This document shows positions 28,461 through 32,000 of a DNA stretch of 32,000 nucleotides, piece by piece (the stretch's first letter is position 1; the number at the start of each line of letters is the position of its first letter). The stretch is from positions 90,001 to 122,000 of the forward strand of contig NZ_CP030918.1 of assembly GCF_003324675.1 (NCBI RefSeq), read 5' to 3'. A model generated the notes under the pieces. The model was given only the letters and a program-made list of their open reading frames with translations, was not told the origin of the DNA and did no database searches. Origin of the DNA: Paracoccus suum (GTDB lineage: Bacteria; Pseudomonadota; Alphaproteobacteria; Rhodobacterales; Rhodobacteraceae). The position numbers and the translations under genes were made by a program.

Positions 28461-29603
28461 TTATGCCTTCAACACCGTGTCCAGCACGGGGGTCAGTCGG
28501 GCCAGCGTGCCATCAACGTCCTTCAGCTTGTCGAGGCCGAAGAGGCCCAGCCGGAAGGTACGGAAGGAATCTCCCTCGCCGACCTGCAACGGCACACCGG
28601 CCGCCGATTGGGTACCCTCCGCCAGAAAAGCCCGGCCGGATTGGACCTCCGGATCCGCGGTGTAGCTGACGACGACGCCGGGGGCGGCAAAGCCCTCGGC
28701 GGCGACCGAGGGCGCGCCGCGCTGGGCAAGGGTGGCACGCACCTCGCGGCCAAGGCGCCATTGCGCGTCGCGGGCGGCGTCAAATCCCATTTCGCGCGTC
28801 TCGGCCATGGCATCGCGCAGCGTCATCAGCGCGTCGGTCGGCAGCGTCGCGTGATAGGCGTGGCCGCCGCCCTCGTAGGCCGCCATGATCGCGCGCCATT
28901 TCTTGAGATCGAGGGCGAAGCTGTCCGACTGCGTCTCCTCCAGCCGCGCGACGGCGGCGGGCGACATCATCACCAGTCCGGCCGAGGGGGGCGCGCTCCA
29001 CCCCTTTTGCGGGGCCGAGATCAGCACATCGACGCCGGTCGCCTGCATGTCGACCCAGATCGCCCCCGAGGCGATGCAGTCGAGGACCATCAGCGCCCCG
29101 ACCTCATGCGCGGCCGAGGCCATTTCGGTGATGTAATCGTCGGGCAGGATCAGTCCGGCGGCGGTCTCGACATGGGGGGCGAACACCACCTCGGGGCGGG
29201 TCTCGCGGATCTTGGCCACGACCTCGCTGATCGGCGGCGGGGCGTAGGACGGTTGCGGCGCGTTGCCGGTCGGGCGCGCCATGACGACGGTCGTCTGGTC
29301 GGTGATTCCGCCGGTCTCGAGGATCTGGCTCCAGCGGTAGCTGAACCAGCCGTTGCGCACGATCAGCGCGTGGGCGCCCTGGGCGAACTGGCGGGCGACC
29401 GCCTCCATCGCGCAGGTGCCGCCGCCGGGGATCAGCGCCACCGCCTCGGCGCGATAGACCTCGCGCGCCATGCCCGAGATGTCGCGTATCGCGGCCTGAA
29501 AGCGCTGCGACATGTGATTGAGGCTGCGGTCGGTAAAGACGACCGAAAATTCCATCAGGCCGTCGGGGTCGATATCTTGGTGGATGGCGCCGGCAGGGGT
29601 CAT
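28461..29603 (-). CDS. Class V (fold type I) PLP-dependent aminotransferase, alanine-glyoxylate/serine-pyruvate/AEP-transaminase-like
   Basis: 380 aa. The SAPQKGW context fits the PLP-lysine motif of class V aminotransferases, with LDCIAS upstream of it. GGAGA SD sequence 6 nt before the ATG. Confidence 0.85.
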   Translation of the reverse strand: MTPAGAIHQDIDPDGLMEFSVVFTDRSLNHMSQRFQAAIRDISGMAREVYRAEAVALIPGGGTCAMEAVARQFAQGAHALIVRNGWFSYRWSQILETGGITDQTTVVMARPTGNAPQPSYAPPPISEVVAKIRETRPEVVFAPHVETAAGLILPDDYITEMASAAHEVGALMVLDCIASGAIWVDMQATGVDVLISAPQKGWSAPPSAGLVMMSPAAVARLEETQSDSFALDLKKWRAIMAAYEGGGHAYHATLPTDALMTLRDAMAETREMGFDAARDAQWRLGREVRATLAQRGAPSVAAEGFAAPGVVVSYTADPEVQSGRAFLAEGTQSAAGVPLQVGEGDSFRTFRLGLFGLDKLKDVDGTLARLTPVLDTVLKA

Positions 29604-29731
29604 GGGCTGTCTCCGTCAGGTTTGCGCCGTTCTAGCATGCGCCGGCGGGGGGTGAAGCCCGCACGCGCATCCTCTTGCGGCACCCCCCGCCCGCACCCTA
29701 GGTTGCCGGTAACTGCAACCCGAGGTGCCTG

Positions 29732-30457
29732 ATGCGTATCGGAATCCTGAAGGCCGGCCAATCGCCCGACATGACGCGGGCCGAGTTCGGCGACTACGAC
29801 AACATGTTCGAGGTGATGCTGGCCGGCCGCGGCTTCACCTTCGACAGCTACCACGTCGAGGCGATGGAGTTTCCGGCCTCGGTCCATGCCGCGGAGGCCT
29901 GGCTGATCACCGGCTCGCGCCATGGCGTCTACGAAGATCACGCCTTCATCCCCCCGCTCGAGGATTTCATCCGCCGCGCCTATGAGGCGGCCGTGCCGAT
30001 GGTGGGCATCTGCTTTGGCCACCAGATCATCGCCCATGCGCTGGGCGGCAAGGTCGAGAAATTTGCCGGCGGCTGGGCCGTGGGGGCGCAGGACTACCAG
30101 TTCGAGGGCCAGCCAGTCACGCTGAACGCCTGGCATCAGGACCAGGTCACGACCCGGCCGCCGGGGGCAGAGATCGCCGCCAGCAACGCATTTTGCGAAA
30201 ACGCGGCCCTGGTCTATGGCGATCGCGCCTTTACGGTCCAGGCCCACCCCGAGTTCGGCGAGGGGTTCATCGAGGCGCTGATGACCCACCGCGCCCCCGG
30301 CGTTGTGCCCGAGCCGCTGCTCGACACCGCCCGTGACCGGCTGGGCCCGGCCAAGGACCAGGCGCTGATCGCTGACCGGATCGAGGCCTTCCTGCGCCAG
30401 CCCCGCACTGCCCTTGGCAACAAGGCTACGGAGCATGCCACGCGGGGAGCCGCCTGA
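29732..30457 (+). CDS. Class I glutamine amidotransferase-fold protein (GuaA-N/PuuD-like)
   Basis: 241 aa with a nucleophile elbow GICFGHQ and HPEF (His of the triad). GAGG SD sequence upstream. Confidence 0.85.
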   Translation: MRIGILKAGQSPDMTRAEFGDYDNMFEVMLAGRGFTFDSYHVEAMEFPASVHAAEAWLITGSRHGVYEDHAFIPPLEDFIRRAYEAAVPMVGICFGHQIIAHALGGKVEKFAGGWAVGAQDYQFEGQPVTLNAWHQDQVTTRPPGAEIAASNAFCENAALVYGDRAFTVQAHPEFGEGFIEALMTHRAPGVVPEPLLDTARDRLGPAKDQALIADRIEAFLRQPRTALGNKATEHATRGAA

Positions 30458-30686
30458 TGTCTATCCTGTCCGCCGCCGGCAAATGGAAGGCCGGCCGGAA
30501 CCGCTCGGAAGCGGCCGGCCCGGACACGGTGCCGGCCCCGATCCGGCCCTGAAGCCAAAGGCGCGCGCAGTCCCGCGCCATTCCTGAAACCGAACGCTGA
30601 ACCGAAGGGCCGCGCGCCCGGAAAGCGACCCCCATGACCGCCCGCATCGCCCCGAACTGCCCCCACCACGACCGGAGGGCCGTGTG

Positions 30687-32000
30687 ATGGCTGACTGGCT
30701 GAAACAATCCCCCGCCGCTGCCCGCGAGTATGTCGAGGGCCGCCGTCTCGATGAGGTCGAGTGCATCGTCCCCGACATCGCCGGCGTCGCCCGCGGCAAG
30801 GCCATGCCTGCCAGCAAGTTCGCCCGGCAGGAAAGCTTTTACCTGCCCAACAGCATCTTCCTGCAGACCATCACCGGGGAATGGGCCGACAACCCCCAGG
30901 GCGCCTTTACCGAACCGGACATGGTCTGCGTGCCGGATTTCTCGACCACCAGTGCCTCGCCCTGGACCAATGACGTCACCCTGCAGGTGATCCATGATGT
31001 CTTCGACCAGCAGGGCGAGCCGGTGCCCGCTGCGCCCCGCAACGTGCTGCGCCGCATCGTCGGCCTTTATGAGGCGCGCGGCTGGCAGCCGATCGTCGCG
31101 CCGGAGATGGAGTTCTTTCTGGTCGCCCGCAACATCGACCCGAACCAGCCGATCCAGCCGCCGATGGGCCGCAGCGGCCGCCGCGCCGCCGCCAAGCAGG
31201 CCTATTCGGTCAGCGCGGTCGACGAGTACGGCCGGGTGATCGACGACATCTACGATTTCGCCGAAGCGCAGGGGTTCGAGATCGACGGCATCCTGCAGGA
31301 GGGCGGCGCCGGACAGGTCGAGATCAACCTGGCCCATGGCGATCCGGTCCACCTGGCCGACCAGATCTTCTTCTTCAAGCGTATGATCCGCGAGGCGGCG
31401 CTGCGCCACGACTGCTTTGCCACCTTCATGGCCAAGCCGATCGAGGGTGAGCCGGGCAGCGCGATGCACATCCACCACTCGGTGATCGACCGGGCGAGCG
31501 GGGCCAACATCTTCAGCGATCCCCAAGGGGCCGAGACGCCAGAGTTCCTGCATTTCATCGCCGGGATGCAGACGCACCTGCCCGCGGCGGTCGCGCTGCT
31601 GGCACCCTATGTCAACAGCTATCGCCGCTATGTCCCTGATTTTGCAGCGCCCATCAACTTGGAATGGGGCCGCGACAACCGCACCACAGGACTGCGCGTG
31701 CCGATCAGCGGGCCCGAGGCGCGGCGTATCGAAAACCGCCTCGTGGGGATGGACTGCAACCCCTACCTCGGCTTTGCCGCCAGCCTCGCCTGCGGTTATC
31801 TCGGCCTGACCGAAGGCAAAATGCCGCGTGCCGAATGCCTTGGCGACGCCTACATCTCCGAGGACGAGTTGCCCACGAACCTGGGCGATGCCCTCGACAC
31901 CATGGTCGACAGCCAGCCCATGCGCGAGGTGCTGGGCAGCGGCTTTGTCGATGTCTACGATTCGGTGAAGCGCAACGAATACAAGGAGTTCCTGCAGGTC
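30687..32000 (+). CDS. Second glutamine synthetase-family ligase (gamma-glutamyl-amine synthetase-like); C-terminus beyond the window end
   Basis: Not in the ORF track because it is open at the window edge. My translation from the ATG at 30687 reads MADWLKQSPAAAREYVEGRRLDEVECIVPDIAGVARGKAMP... Further in are APEMEFFLV, GSAMHIHHSV, NSYRRY and RDNRTTGLRVP. The frame runs open for 438 codons to the window edge. Confidence 0.88.
   Translation, partial: MADWLKQSPAAAREYVEGRRLDEVECIVPDIAGVARGKAMPASKFARQESFYLPNSIFLQTITGEWADNPQGAFTEPDMVCVPDFSTTSASPWTNDVTLQVIHDVFDQQGEPVPAAPRNVLRRIVGLYEARGWQPIVAPEMEFFLVARNIDPNQPIQPPMGRSGRRAAAKQAYSVSAVDEYGRVIDDIYDFAEAQGFEIDGILQEGGAGQVEINLAHGDPVHLADQIFFFKRMIREAALRHDCFATFMAKPIEGEPGSAMHIHHSVIDRASGANIFSDPQGAETPEFLHFIAGMQTHLPAAVALLAPYVNSYRRYVPDFAAPINLEWGRDNRTTGLRVPISGPEARRIENRLVGMDCNPYLGFAASLACGYLGLTEGKMPRAECLGDAYISEDELPTNLGDALDTMVDSQPMREVLGSGFVDVYDSVKRNEYKEFLQV

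Noticed and set aside
29668-29710. Sigma54-like GCAC...TTGC elements (CGGCACCCCCC..., GCACCCTAGGTTGC) in the aminotransferase/amidotransferase divergent region.
   Set aside because: They lack the GG dinucleotide and/or have spacing that is off by one. This is a chance resemblance in GC-rich sequence.
30553-30686. Glutamine riboswitch (glnA RNA motif) upstream of the second GS-like gene.
   Set aside because: The spacer contains GAACGC and CGGAAAG fragments. I could not reproduce the order or pairing of the conserved glnA-motif elements as I recall them. A covariance-model scan would be needed, so I make no claim.

Overview
The window is a very GC-rich chromosomal segment (judged by eye, not computed). 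Gene content and protein sequences look alphaproteobacterial, of the Rhodobacterales/Paracoccaceae type. I support 27 CDS, two of them cut by the window edges, plus one tRNA-Gly(GCC) and two clear rho-independent terminators.

Most of the window is housekeeping: glyQ/glyS, trkH, pyc, rnr, dapE, recO, adenine deaminase, secG and pyrG. I saw no transposase, integrase, phage genes, CRISPR array or recognisable defence genes, so I cannot point to an obvious novel system.

Four loci deserve a second look:
1. 23.4-32 kb: a polar-amino-acid/opine-type ABC importer joined to two glutamine-synthetase-like ligases, a class I glutamine-amidotransferase-fold protein and a class V aminotransferase. This looks like a gamma-glutamylation-style amine catabolic cluster with a non-canonical enzyme set and an unknown substrate.
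2. 21.3-22.6 kb: an orphan soluble Aer-type PAS protein fused to a degenerate MCP-like coiled coil.
3. 9.85-11.0 kb: a DUF5671-like membrane protein whose gene overlaps that of a membrane-anchored, four-Cys, poly-Pro protein with pilin-like motifs.
4. 1.68-2.16 kb: an uncharacterised membrane-anchored gene wedged inside glyQ-glyS, with start/stop overlaps on both sides.

Several exported or membrane proteins carry long Pro/Ala(/Thr) low-complexity tails, including an ABC substrate-binding protein and SecG. Many ORF-track entries are antisense or off-frame artefacts of the high GC content. Several real genes start at internal ATGs of the listed ORFs.
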